Shown here: positions 1-13,099 of the stretch, one piece after another
Layout of the letters: each line of letters starts with the position of its first letter
How positions within the stretch are numbered: position 1 is the first letter of the stretch
From: Anaeramoeba ignava BMAN
Taxonomy: Eukaryota > Protista > Anaeramoebae
Direction of reading: 5' to 3'
Length of the DNA: 64,000 nt
NCBI GenBank assembly: GCA_028826165.1
Contig: JAPDFW010000102.1
Coordinates: 162,256 to 226,255, forward strand
Made by a program: the position numbers and the translations under genes
Notes under the pieces: generated by a model
Told to the model about the DNA's origin: nothing
Seen by the model: the letters and a program-made list of their open reading frames with translations, nothing else
The model's database searches: none

Positions 1-3000
1 AAGGAACGAATTCCTCCTAAACAATGAATAATATCTTGGAAATTAGTTTTTGTGAATGAATAAATCTTATTTATTTTTGAATTTCCTTTGACAATATTTG
101 ACGGACTTTGATTCAAACAGAAATTGTTTTTTGTTTCTTTTGGATTATGATAAATGATTGTTTTTTGACTTAGTTTCCCATTGAAATTTTCCTTTAATTC
201 TTTTTCAAATTTTGGATTGGAATATTCAAAAATTTCATTTTGATAGAAAAATGATTTATAATTAGGACCAAGAAAATGAATTGCTTTGACTTGATTTTCA
301 TTGAGAAACTCTTGGAAAAAATAAATTGTTCCAATTTGTCCAAAAAATGATTTTTGATTTTCTTGGTTTGAAAATGTAAAATTTGAACCAATTTCATTTT
401 GAATAAAAGGTTGTTTAGTATTTCCAATTTTTTTCGTCAATTTGATGATTTTTGATGATTGTTGTTTTTCACCAAGATAAATACAAACTTCCAATTCTGA
501 ATTTAATCTTTTGTATTTTTGTGTGAAAACGAAAAAAGTCCATTTCTTAGTTTCAATTTCAAAGGGAAATTTTGTTTCAATTAATTCGTTTTCTTGACTT
601 AAATAAATTTTATAAAGAAAAGATTCTGGTTGTTTTGTTTCTTTGTTAAATTCCAAAAGTAATTCAATCCCCTTTGAATCGTCTGTTAAAAAACTTAGTA
701 TTTGTGTTTTATAGATTTTTTCAATATTTTCATTTTCAATATTTTCTTTTAATGGAGAAAAAATATTTTGAAAATCTTCAAATCTGATCCAAGTAAAAAA
801 ACTGAATTTTTTGGAAATTAAAGAGTTTCTGAAAGTTGGAAGTTGAACATTTGAGTTTTGCTCGTAAAAATCAAAGAAATTAATTGGATTTTCTTCTTGC
901 TGTTGATTTTTGTTGATCATTTTTCTTAATTCAATCAACATTAAATTGGCGTATTGATTACTTTTTATACTTCTTTTCAATTCATCTTTCAAAAAGGAAA
1001 AATATTGTTTCATTTCTGAAACCAGAATTTTATGTGCTCCAAGTTTTCCAAAAAATTGGATAATTTGTTCAAATAATTGTACATTTTTGATATTTGGAAT
1101 TAATTCAAGTAAAAATGAAACAATATCTTTTTCACAACAACAATAAATATTATGAATTGATTTTGCACATATTTTGTTAAAAGTTTCCAAAACTTGAATC
1201 AAAGAAAATTTTTCATTTTGATTTTCAAATTTTGATTTTCATTTTGATTTTCATTTTGATTTTCATTTTCATTTTGATTCAAATTTTGATTAAAATCTTG
1301 TTTCAATTTTTGAGAATAAAGTTCCAAAATTATAGTTATCATATTTGTATCTCTTATAATAAAATTATTTTCTATCGAAAATTTTCCATTTCCAATCATT
1401 AAATCCAAAAGAATTTCAAATAATTTTTTTGTTGGTTTTTCTTTTTCTGTTTCATAAAGTAGCTCAATAAATTCTGACACTGAAATTAAATTATAAAATT
1501 CATATATCATTTTTTCATTGTTTCTTATGATTTCTTTAAGCATTGATAAAACAAGATATGTAGATTTTTGTTCTTTATCATTCAACAATGTTTTGAAAAC
1601 TAATAATAGATTTGTACTTAAAATAATTTCCTGAATGACAATTCTATTTTTCGAAATGGATTTGGAACATTTTGAAAAAAGTTTTTCGAGATGTTTAAAT
1701 TCAATTTCATCTGATTTTTCTTTTTGGATTTTTGAATTGATTTCTTGATATAAAAAAAGAATTTTTTGAAATAAATAGGAAATGAATTGTTTTTCTTTTT
1801 CTCCATTTTTGTTTGTAGTTTTTTCAAGAATCTTTGAGATGTATATCAATGAAATTTTTTGAGTGATTTTGTGTGGAAATAAATCAATTAAAGTGTTAAT
1901 AATTTCTTCATTTTGGAAAATAAGCTCAGTATTTGCATTTTCAAAAGTTGATTCCAAAATTTTTATGCATAAATTAATTGCTTCATTTTCCATTTCATTT
2001 TGTTTTTGGTTTTTTTCAAGTATTTGAACCAAAATTTCTTGGATTTGTTTGAATCCTTCATTTTTAATGATTTTGTTAGTTGAAATTTGAGGTTTTATTT
2101 TGATAATTTCAATTATCATTTCTAAAAATCGATTTAACAAAAATGAGTTTGATTTGATTTTTTGATTTTTCAAAACTTGATTAAACAAGAATTTATAATC
2201 AAAATCATCTTGATATATTGAGAGAATATTAAGAAGTAAATCAATTAATAATGTTTGTAAATTTGTATTTGCTTCATTTAATTTGATTTTTTCATTTTCT
2301 TGAATCTAAAATCAAAAAAATTAAAAATAAAAATTTGAATGAAAATTTGAATGACTTTTTTTTTCTTACATTTAAATTGTTGAAATTATTTCTGATAAAA
2401 TAATCAGAAAAACAAATTTCCCATCCTCCATTTTTTTGGAAAAATTTAAGAGATTCTTGATTGTTTTCATTTTCGTTTTCATTTTCATTTCCATTTTCAT
2501 TTCCAATTTGAATTTGATGAATAATAATTTTCTTGAATTCAAATAAAATGTACATTTGAAGTTCAGGATAAATATATTTAATATATTGTTGAATTTCAAT
2601 AATTTTCTCATTTGACAAATTATGCATTAAAGATGAATTTGAAGATTCTTCAGTTTTGAATAAATCAAGATATGTTAAGATTAGCCTTTCTTTGAAAGAA
2701 TTGACTTTTGTTTTGGTTTGATTTGTAAATTTATCCAATTCATTTTTGATGGTTTCTTTTGATGAATCATTTGGATTTGAATTTGAATTTTCAATCATTT
2801 GTAGATTTCTGAGATTATTAAAAAGAATATCCAAATAAGGATTGTATAAATTGATTTCTGAGACTTTTTTTGGTTGAATATTTTCCAATTTATTTTCCAA
2901 TTTATTTTCCAATTTATTTTCCAATTTATTTTCCAATTTATTTTCCAATTTATTTTCCAATTTATTTTTCAATTTATTTTCCAATTTATTTTCCAATTTA

Positions 3001-4519
3001 TTTTCTTGTTGTTCTTGTTCTTGTTCTTTAATTTCCATGATCAACTCCTCCAAATTTTTGGAAAATTTTGGTTTAAAAGCATAAGAAATCCAAAGAATAA
3101 AATCTCCAAGATATAAAATATTGTTATTATTTGAAATTTGTTCAATGATATTCTCTTCTTTAATCATTTTGGGGATGAATTGGAAAACATTTGAACGAAA
3201 ATCAAACTCCAAATGAGTTAAATTGCCTTTAACGTTTTTGAAATTTTGAGAAATGAAAGGATTTTCTTCTCTTGAAATTTTTGGATCAAAGATGAAAAAA
3301 TTTGTTTGGAAAAAATCTTCAATATTTTCATGTGTTTGATTTGCAAATCCAATATTTGGAAGATCTGGTGATAAATTTGGAGACTGGAAAAATGTTAAAA
3401 GAGATGTAATTAATTCAATTTTTTGTTTTTCTGTTAATAGATTTAATTCATAAAAATTTTCAAAATTTTGAAGAAATTTTAATTTAATATCAATTTGTTT
3501 TTCTGAAAAAATGAATGATTTTCTGAGATTTAAATTTGTTTGGAAACATTCTATTATTATTATTATTATTTTTTTTTTTATAAAATTAGATTAAAAATTA
3601 AAAATTTTTCAATTAAAAATTTACGAATTATTGATGGAATTATTTTTGATTTTTTAGTTGATTCTAGAATTTCTTGATTTGGAAAAACTTGTCTTTCTCT
3701 TAAAAATTGATTTAAAATTTCCATAGTTTCTGAAAGAATAAATTGTATTTCAATTAAATAATAAATTGAGAGTGAAGAATTTGATTTCTTTTGTTTTCAA
3801 AAAAAAAGAAGAAAAATTTGATTAATAAAATGTATTTTTTTTCAATATTTTTTTTTACTCTTAAATTCTCCATTAATTTAAAAAGATTTTTTATAATTTC
3901 TAATAAATCTTGAATAATTTGTAAAATTCCATTTTCAAATAAAACTTGACGATTAAATTTTGATTTTGAAAGAATTGAAATGATTGATAAAGAAATTAAA
4001 CATTTATGAGCTTGAATATTTTCATTTTGATTTTGATTTTGATTTTGATTTTGAATATTTTCTATTTTTTTTGAAAAAAAAAACCATTAAAATAATTATA
4101 ATTAAAATTATAAATAATATCAACCTTTTATAAAATCTTTTGAATAAATTAATAAACTAATAATAAAAAGTATAAATTTTATTGGATGAGCTTCTTTTTG
4201 AAGAATTGCTTCATTAATTTCTTCAATTTCAAAAGATTTTTCAAATTGTTTTTCTTTTATTTTTCGATTTGCTTTTGTTCTTAAAGGATTCCATTTTTGA
4301 AAAGAATTTTGGAATAAGATATAAAATTCAATAATTTTTTCGTTAATCTAAAAACAATTTTTTTAATTTAAAATTTGAATAAGAAAAAAAATTATAAAAA
4401 ATTTTTGTTACTTCAGTTAAATGTTTTGATTTAATTTCTTTCCAAATGGTAAAAAGTTCATTTCCGTTTGGAAAATTTATAAAGAATTCTTTTTCTTTTT
4501 GTTCTTCAATTTGATCCAT
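1..4519 (-). CDS. Neurobeachin/NBEAL-like BEACH-family protein, 5' part (ARM-like region and ConA/LamG domain); runs off the window at position 1
   Basis: ATG at 4519 (MDQIEEQ) and five GT-AG introns traced (~4349-4411, 4062-4124, 3788-3858, 3551-3625, 2306-2368). The unlisted open frame below ~1226 reads GKLGAHKI, NPINFFDF..LPT..FSFFTWIRFE, FFGQIGTIYFF and FQDIIHCLGGIRSL, typical of the neurobeachin N-terminal half. One apparent frameshift at ~1227-1229. Confidence 0.75.
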
Positions 4520-4614
4520 TTAAAAAATTAAATTAAAAAAAAAAAACGAAAAAAAAAAATGAAAATTAAATTTTCAAATTAAAATTAAGAATGAAATTAA
4601 AAAATTTAAAAATA

Positions 4615-7440
4615 ATAAATCAAAGTAATTAAAAAACTAAATAAAAAATTAAATCAAAATATTAATAAATAAAATATAAATATTTTTAAATTAAAAAATA
4701 ACAAATTAATAATAAATTCATTAATAAATTCATTAATAATTAATATTTTTAAATTAATAATAAATCAAAACAATTAAAAACTAAATAAAAATTAAATCAA
4801 AAAATATTAATAAATAAAAATAAATATTTTTAAATTAAAAATAACAAATTAATAATAGATTTATTAATAAATTCATTAATAAATAATATTTCTAAATTAA
4901 TTATAAATCAAAACAATTAAAAACTAAATAAAAATTAAATCAAAATATTAATAAATAAAAATAAATATTTTTAAATTAAAAATAACAAATTAATAATAGA
5001 TTTATTAATAAATTCATTAATAAATAATATTTTTAAATTAATTATAAATCAAAACAATTAAAAACTAAATAAAAATTAAATCAAAAATATTAATAAATAA
5101 AAATAAATATTTTTAAATTAAAAATAATAAAATAATAATAGGTTTAGGTTTAAATTCAATTAATAATTAATATTTTTAAATAAATAATAAATCAAAACAA
5201 TTAAAAAATTAAATAAAAATTAAATTAAAATATTAATAAATAAAATATAAATATTTTTAAATTAAAAATAATAAATTAATAACAAATTTATTAATAAATT
5301 CATTAATAAATAATATTTTTAAATTAATAATAAATCAAAACAAATAAAAACTAAATAAAAAATTAAATCAAAAATATTAATAAATAAAATATAAATATTT
5401 TTAAATTAAAAAAATAATAAAATAATAACAAATTTATTAATAAATTCATTAATAATTAATATTTTTAAATAAATAATAAATCAAAAATAATTAAAAATTA
5501 AATAAAAATTAAATCAAAATATTAATAAATAAAATGTAAATATTTTTAAATTAAAAATAATAAATTTATTAATAAATTAATTAATAAATTCATTAATAAA
5601 TTATATTTTTAAATAAATATTAAATCAAAACAATTAAAAATTAAATAAAAAATTAAATCAAAAATATTAATAAATAAAATATAAATATTTTTAAATTAAA
5701 AATAATAAAATAATAATAAATTAATTGATAAATTCATTAATAATTTATATTTTTAAATAAATAATAAATCAAAATAATTAAAAATTAAATAAAAAATTAA
5801 ATTAAAAATATTAATAAATAAAATATAAATATTTTTAAATTAAAAATAATAAAATAATAACAAATTTATTAATAAATTAATTAATAATTTATATTTTTAA
5901 ATAAATAATAAATCAAAATAATTAAAAATTAAATAAAAAAATTAAATCAAAATATTAATAAATAAAATATAAATATTTTTAAATTAAAAATAATAAATTA
6001 ATAATAGATTTATTAATAAATTCATTAATAATTTATATTTTTAAATTAAATAATAAATCAAAATAATTAAAAACTAAATAAAAATTAAATCAAAATATTA
6101 ATAAATAAAATATAAATATTTTTAAATTAAAAATAATAAAGATAATAATAAATTTATTAATAAATTCATTAATAATTAATATTTTTAAATTAATAATAAA
6201 TCAAAATAATTAAAAATTAAATAAAAATTAAATTAAAATATTAATAAATAAAATATAAATATTTTTAAATTAAAAATAATAAATTAATAATAAATTAATT
6301 AATAAATTCATTAATAATTAATATTTTTAAATTAATAATAAATAAATCAAAATAATTAAAAAAAAATAAAAATAAAAATTAAAATATTAATAAATAAAAT
6401 CTAAATATTTTTAAATTAAAAAATAATAAATTAATAATAAATTTATTAATAAATTCATTAATAAATAATATTTTTAAATAAATAATAAATCAAAATAATT
6501 AAAAATTAAATAAAAATTAAATTAAAATATTAATAAATAAAATATAAATATTTTTAAATTAAAAATAACAAAATAATAATAAATTCATTAATAAATTCAT
6601 TAATAATTAATATTTTTAAATTAATAATAAATCAAAACAATTAAAAAATTAAATAAAAAATTAAATCAAAATATTAATAAATAAAATATAAATATTTTTA
6701 AATTAAAAAATAATAAAATAATAATAAATTTATTAATAAATTCATTAATAAATTATATTTCTAAATAAATAATAAATCAAAATAATTAAAAACTAAATAA
6801 AAATTAAATCAAAATATTAATAAATAAAATATAAATATTTTTAAATTAAAAAAATAATAAAATAATAATAGATTTATTAATAAATTTATTAATAATTAAT
6901 ATTTTTAAATAAATTATAAATCAAAATAATTAAAAATTAAATTAAAAATTAAAAATAAAAATTAAAATTTTTAAATTAAAAATAACAAAATAATAATAAA
7001 TTTATTAATAAATTCATTAATAATTTATATTTCTAAATAAATAATAAATCAAAACAATTAAAAACTAAATAAAAATTAAAAATTAATAAATAAAATATAA
7101 ATATTTTTAAATTAAAAATAATAAATTAATAACAAATTCATTAATAAATTCATTAATAAATTAATATTTTTAAATTAATAATAAATCAAAATAATTAAAA
7201 AATTAAATAAAAAATTAAATTAAAATATTAATAAATAAAATATAAATATTTTTAAATTAAAAAATAATAAATTAATAACAAATTTATTAATAAATTCATT
7301 AATAAATAATATTTTTAAATTAATAATAAATCAAAACAATTAAAAAATTAAATAAAAAATTAAATCTAAAATATTAATAAATAAAATCTAAATATTTTTA
7401 AATTAAAAAATAATAAAATAATAATAAATTAATTAATAAA
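4615..7440. repeat. AT-rich tandem minisatellite, ~140-bp unit, ~20 copies
   Basis: TAAATCAAAA(C/T)AATTAAAA recurs at 4761, 4904, 5045 and onward with ~140-bp spacing, and the internal blocks AATATTAATAAATAAAA and AAATTCATTAATAA are conserved. Confidence 0.9.
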
Positions 7441-7529
7441 ATTAAATTAATTTTTGTTTCTTATTTATTTAATTGATTGAAAATAAAAGAAGATGATTGA
7501 ATTTTGAAAAGTAATTAAGAAGAAAGTTT

Positions 7530-8942
7530 TTAAATGAAAAAAGTTTCAACTTCATCAACAATCCATGATTTATAAGAACCAGCTAAATAATTTTCAGCTC
7601 TTTCTGTTCCTTGTGAAATTCCTTGAGGTAATATATAACTCCAACCAAAATTTGAATAACCAGGTTGTAAATTAGAATTTAAGGAAAAATCAAAACCTCC
7701 TCCAAAAATTGGACCTCTATCTGAATATCTATTATCAATTGCTTTTTTTTCTTGTCCTTCTTGAATTGGAAATTTACTTGGTTCTCTATCATTCTTATCA
7801 TTTCTTAATGAGAAAATAAATGCATTTGAATCACTAATCCAATTTTGATTTCTTTTGATCCATCCAATTGAAGTAAATCCTCCAAAAATAAAATTATCTT
7901 TTGTTTTAATAATAACTAATGTTTTTCCTTTATCATCACAAATTAAATGCCATTTTTTAGCATCAAATCCATCTCTTTTGGCTGAATATCCTTTTTTCAT
8001 TTTGGAAAAGAATTCATCATCATTTATCCATTCTTTTAATTTATTGAAAAGTTGCTTTTCTTTCACGATTTCTGAATCAAATTGAAATCTTGGTTTGAAA
8101 ATTAATGAATTTTCTTTTTCAATAAATTGATTTAGTTTTTTTTCATCTTGAAGTTTTTGGAATTGAATTAATTTTTGTGAAATTTGATTAGGAATTAAAT
8201 CTTCTTTCAAAGTGTCTTCCAATTCTTTTTTTGAGAAATCAATAAATCTGATTTTATCAATAAGATTTGAAATTTGATTTTGTAATTTTTCTTTTTCTTC
8301 TTTTTCTTGATTAATATTTAATTTATGTTTTCCCCATTTGATTATTGATTGGAAAATTTCAAATTCATCTGTTGGAATATCATTATTTAATAGTATTGAA
8401 TTTAAATGATTTTCTTCAAGTTCAAGAAAAAATGAAGTTTTAATAAATTTATCAAAATTATCCAAAATAAATTGATAAGAAGAATCTATTAATTGATTAA
8501 AGTTCATTGATTCAGATAATTTAAGAATATCAATAACAGTTTCAATTTGTAAATTGTTTTTGATAAATTTTGAACAAGTTTCAATTAATTCATCAATTAA
8601 ATATTTTGATGAAAAAAATAAAATTTGAATTGCATTTTCTAAATTAATTTCAATTTTTCCTGAATAAAAATAATTCAAAATTGGAGATAGAATTGAACTT
8701 GAAACATCTTTTAGAATTAATTTATTTTCTTGAACTTCTTTCATTTTAGATTTAAAATATTGACTTCTTGAAGAAAGAATTGATTTATGAGTTTTAAATG
8801 AAGTTTGATTTTGTTCACAAATTATTTCAAAATCAAAATAACTTTCTTCTTGATTTTGATTTTGATTTTGATTTTGATTTTGATTTTGAAATAAATTTTT
8901 TAAATCATTTGAAAGTTTTTGTAAATTTGAATAATTTTCCAT
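7530..8942 (-). CDS. BTB/POZ-BACK-TLDc domain protein
   Basis: Intronless, likely start MENYSNL at 8942. BTB (YFDFEIIC..FKTHKSILSSRSQYF), BACK (DEFEIFQSIIKW) and TLDc (YSAKRDGF..CDDKGKTLVIIKT..IFGGFT..GPIFGGG..VDEVETF). Confidence 0.9.
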   Translation of the reverse strand: MENYSNLQKLSNDLKNLFQNQNQNQNQNQNQEESYFDFEIICEQNQTSFKTHKSILSSRSQYFKSKMKEVQENKLILKDVSSSILSPILNYFYSGKIEINLENAIQILFFSSKYLIDELIETCSKFIKNNLQIETVIDILKLSESMNFNQLIDSSYQFILDNFDKFIKTSFFLELEENHLNSILLNNDIPTDEFEIFQSIIKWGKHKLNINQEKEEKEKLQNQISNLIDKIRFIDFSKKELEDTLKEDLIPNQISQKLIQFQKLQDEKKLNQFIEKENSLIFKPRFQFDSEIVKEKQLFNKLKEWINDDEFFSKMKKGYSAKRDGFDAKKWHLICDDKGKTLVIIKTKDNFIFGGFTSIGWIKRNQNWISDSNAFIFSLRNDKNDREPSKFPIQEGQEKKAIDNRYSDRGPIFGGGFDFSLNSNLQPGYSNFGWSYILPQGISQGTERAENYLAGSYKSWIVDEVETFFI

Positions 8943-9043
8943 TTTATTTAAAAATTTTGAAAAAGAAAAAAATGAAAACAAAAAAAACAAAAAAAAAACA
9001 AAAATTTTTTTTGAAATTGAAACAAAAAGGAAAAAGTAATTTT

Positions 9044-11407
9044 TTAAAGAGTTGTTTTTGAATGAGAATCAATAACAGTTTTTGTAATTGATTTCTAAAT
9101 AAAAATTAAAAATAAAAAAAGAAAATTAAAATTTTAAATTAAAATTTAAATTTAAATCAAACTTACAAAGAAATTTTTGATATTATTTGTATCAGTAGCG
9201 CAAGTAAATTGACTAATAATTTTTCTATTTGATTTTGATTTTGATTTTGATTTTGATTTTGATTTTCCAACTGATTCAAATTTTTTTTTAATAAATTCAG
9301 AAGCTTTATCATAATTTAAACCACCATTATAATCTTTCCAACAAATTGAGAGATCAACTTGTTTAATTTTTTCTTCAAAAAGATCTCTTTTATTAAATAA
9401 TAAAATGCAATTTTTATTCTTAAAAGTTGGATTATTAACAGTTTTTTCAAATAAAGCAAGTGATTCTCTCATTCTATTAACTGATTCATCTTCATAAAGT
9501 TTTTGATCAAATTCGCTTAAAGCAACAACATAGATTAAAACAGTAACATTATCAAATTGGTGAATCCATTTTCTTCTTTCAGATCTTTGACCACCAACAT
9601 CAACAATTCTAAAATTAATTTTTATTTTAATTTTAATTTTAATTTTAATTTTAATTTTAAATTTTAATTTTATTTTTAATTTTATCCGATTTTGATTTTA
9701 TTTTTAATTTTGATTTTGATTTTGATTTTTAATTTTAATTTTAATTTTAATTGTAATTTTAATTTTAATTTTAATTTTGATTTTAATTTTGATTTTAATT
9801 TTTAATTTTAATTTTAATTTTAATCCGATTTTATTTTTAATTTTAATTTTAATTTTAAATTTTAATTTTAATTTTAATTTTGATTTTTAATTTTAATTTT
9901 AATTTTAATTTTAATTTTAATTTTAATTTTAATTTTAATTTTAATTTTAATTTTAATTTTAATTTTAATTTTAATTTTAAATTTTAATTTTGATTTTGAA
10001 TTTTAATTTTAATTTTAATTTTAATTTTGATTTTAATTTTGAATTTTAAATTTTAATTTTTGATTTTAATTTTAAATTTTAATTTTGATTTTAATTTTTA
10101 AATTTTAATTTTGATTTTAATTTTAATTTTAATTTTATTTTTAATTTTAATTTTAATTTTAATTTTAATTTTAATTTAATTTTAATTTTAATTTGATTTT
10201 AATTTTGATTTTGATTTTGATTTTGATTTTAATTTTAATTTACTTCCAAGGATATCCTTCTAAATCAAATGATAAAACTTTTACTCCTGTTGTTGGAATT
10301 CTACATCTAAGAATATCTTCTTGTGATGGAAGATAATCAACTTTCATAATTTCATCAATTCTATCCAAAAAACTAATTTAAATAATTAAATTAAATAATT
10401 AAATTAAATAATTAAATTTTTCATTATAAATTTACTATGAAGATGAATCGGGAATTTGAAAATCGGATCTTTTTTCAAATGCTTTTTTTAATCCTGGATC
10501 TTTCCATAATTTTTTAATATCATCAACAACATCATCAGGAATTTCACCTTTACTTACAGAAGGAAGATCTAAAAACTCTTCAGCAATTATCTAATTTTTA
10601 AATTTTGAATTTAATTTTGAATTTAATTTTAATTTTAATTTTAATTTTAAATTTAATTTTAATTTTAAATTTTGATTTTAATTTTAATTTTGATTTTAAT
10701 TTGATTTTGATTTTGATTTTAATTTTGATTTATTTTAATTTTAATAGAAATTTACTTGATTTTCTTTTAAAAGTGAAATGTTTAATTCTTCTGCTGCTCT
10801 AATTAATGCTTTCATATGAAAAACCAAATTAGCACGAATAACTTGCTTATGAGCTTTTTGATCATCTTCATTAAATCCTTCTTTAAAAAGAATTTGAATT
10901 TGTTTAACAAAAGTACTCTTTCCAGAATCACCAGTTCCTTTTTAATTTTAAATTTAATTTTAAATTTTAATTTTAATTTTGATTTTAATTTTGATTTTAA
11001 TTTTAATTTTAATTTTGATTTTAATTTTAATTTTGATTTTAATTTTAATTTTGATTTTGATTTTAATTTTAATTAAGATCGTAATAAGATTTTAATTAAG
11101 ATCGTAATTAGATTTTAATTTTATTTAAGATCGTAATTAGATTTGAATTGTGATTTTATTCTTAATTATATTCTTAATTGTATTCTTAATTATTCTTAAT
11201 TATATTCTTAATTATATTCTTAATTATTCAATTTTAAATAAAAAAAAGGGGTTTAAAAATTTTTTTTTCTTCTAAAATACCTGTTAAAAGCAATTTAATT
11301 TCTTTCTCTTCTTGTAATTGATCTTGTTGAAGTTGTTCTTCAATAATCGCATTTTTCTTTTTTTCAAGTTTTCTTAATTTCTTTGTTCTTGAAGATTTTA
11401 TCCCCAT
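9044..11407 (-). CDS. Heterotrimeric G-protein alpha subunit, 6 exons
   Basis: Spliced product MGIKSS..KLLLT/GTGDSGKST..DSSSY/FLDR..DILRCRIPTTG..K/IVDVGGQRSERRKW..LFNKRD..TCATDT..KTTL*. All G boxes and the MGxxxS myristoylation motif are present. Confidence 0.95.
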
Positions 11408-11959
11408 TTTAATTTAAAATCAAAAATAAAAAATAATAAAAAATAAAAATAAAAAAATGTAATTTAATAACAAAGAGTTTGTGTTTTTAAAGTAAAATAA
11501 AAAAATGAAAGAAATTTTTATTTTATTTTTTATTTTTTTTTAATTTTTTTTTAATTAAAATTTTTTTTACACGTTTCAATAAATTTTTAAATGTAGATCT
11601 TTAAAAGAAAAATTTTTTAATTAAATTTTTTTTTTGTTTTTTTGTTTTAAGAGGGATTCTTGAATCATAGTTTTATTTTAATTTATTTTAATAAAGAAAA
11701 ATTAAATCAAATAAATTAAAATCTCTTTAAAAAAATTAAAATTAAATCAAAAAGGCGAAAGAAAGGGGGTGAAAAAAATTCTAATTCAGATCTTCATTCC
11801 AAAATTCACTTATTGAAATCTTTTTAAAAAAAAAAGAAAAAAAGAATAATTTAAATGTGATCTAATTGAAAGCAAATAAAGCAACAATTAAATAATAATT
11901 AAAAGCAAAAATCAAATCAAAAATTAAAGCAAAAATTAAAGCAAAAATTAAAGCAAAAA

Positions 11960-13020
11960 TTAAAGCAAATATTAAATATTAAATATTAAATATCAAATAT
12001 TAAATATCTAAATATTAAATATTAAATAATTAAATATTAAATATTAAATATTAAATATTAAATATTAAATATTAAATATTAAATATCCAAATATTAAATA
12101 ATAAATATCCAAATATTAAATATTAAATATCTAAATATCTAAATAATAAATATTAAATATTAAATATCTAAATAATAAATATTAAATATTAAATATTAAA
12201 TATCCAAATATCAAATATCCAAATATCCAAATATTAAATATTAAATATCCAAATATTAAATATTAAATATTAAATAATAAATATTAAATATCTAAATAAT
12301 AAATATTAAATATTAAATAATAACCAAATATTAAATATTAAATATTAAATATCAAATATCCAAATATTAAATATTAAATATTAAATATTAAATAATAAAT
12401 ATTAAATATTAAATATTAAATAATAAATAATAAATAATAAATATTAAATATTAAATATTAAATATCCAAATATTAAATAATAAATAATAAATATTAAATA
12501 ATAAATATCAAATATTAAATATTAAATATTAAATAATAAATATTAAATATTAAATATTAAATAATAAATATTAAATATTAAATATTAAATATTAAATATT
12601 AAATATCCAAATATTAAATATTAAATATCCAAATATTAAATATCCAAATATTAAATATCCAAATAATAAATATTAAATATTAAAATATTAAATATTAAAT
12701 AATAAATATTAAATATCTAAATAATAAATATTAAATAATAAATATTAAATATTAAATATTAAATATTAAATAATAAATATTAAATAATAAATATTAAATA
12801 TTAAATATCCAATATTAAATATCCAAATATTAAATATCCAAATATCCAAATATCCAAATATCCAAATATCAAATATTAAATATTAAATAATAAATATTAA
12901 ATATTAAATAATAAATATTAAATATCCAAATATCCAAATATTAAATAATAAATATTAAATAATAAATAATAAATATTAAATATTAAATAATAAATAATAA
13001 ATAATAAATATTAAATATTA
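11960..13020. repeat. Intergenic (AAATATT/AAATAAT/AAATATCC)n microsatellite
   Basis: About 1 kb of 7-9-nt units between the divergently oriented G-alpha and eIF4E genes. Confidence 0.9.
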
Positions 13021-13099
13021 AAAAAAATTTTTTTCATTTTTCATTTTTCATTTTTTATTATTTTTTATTTAGACTTATATAACAATAACTATAAAAAAA

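Noticed and set aside
5140-5153. GGTTTAGGTTTA telomere-like word inside the satellite
   Set aside because: Only two units, a local variant within one satellite copy.
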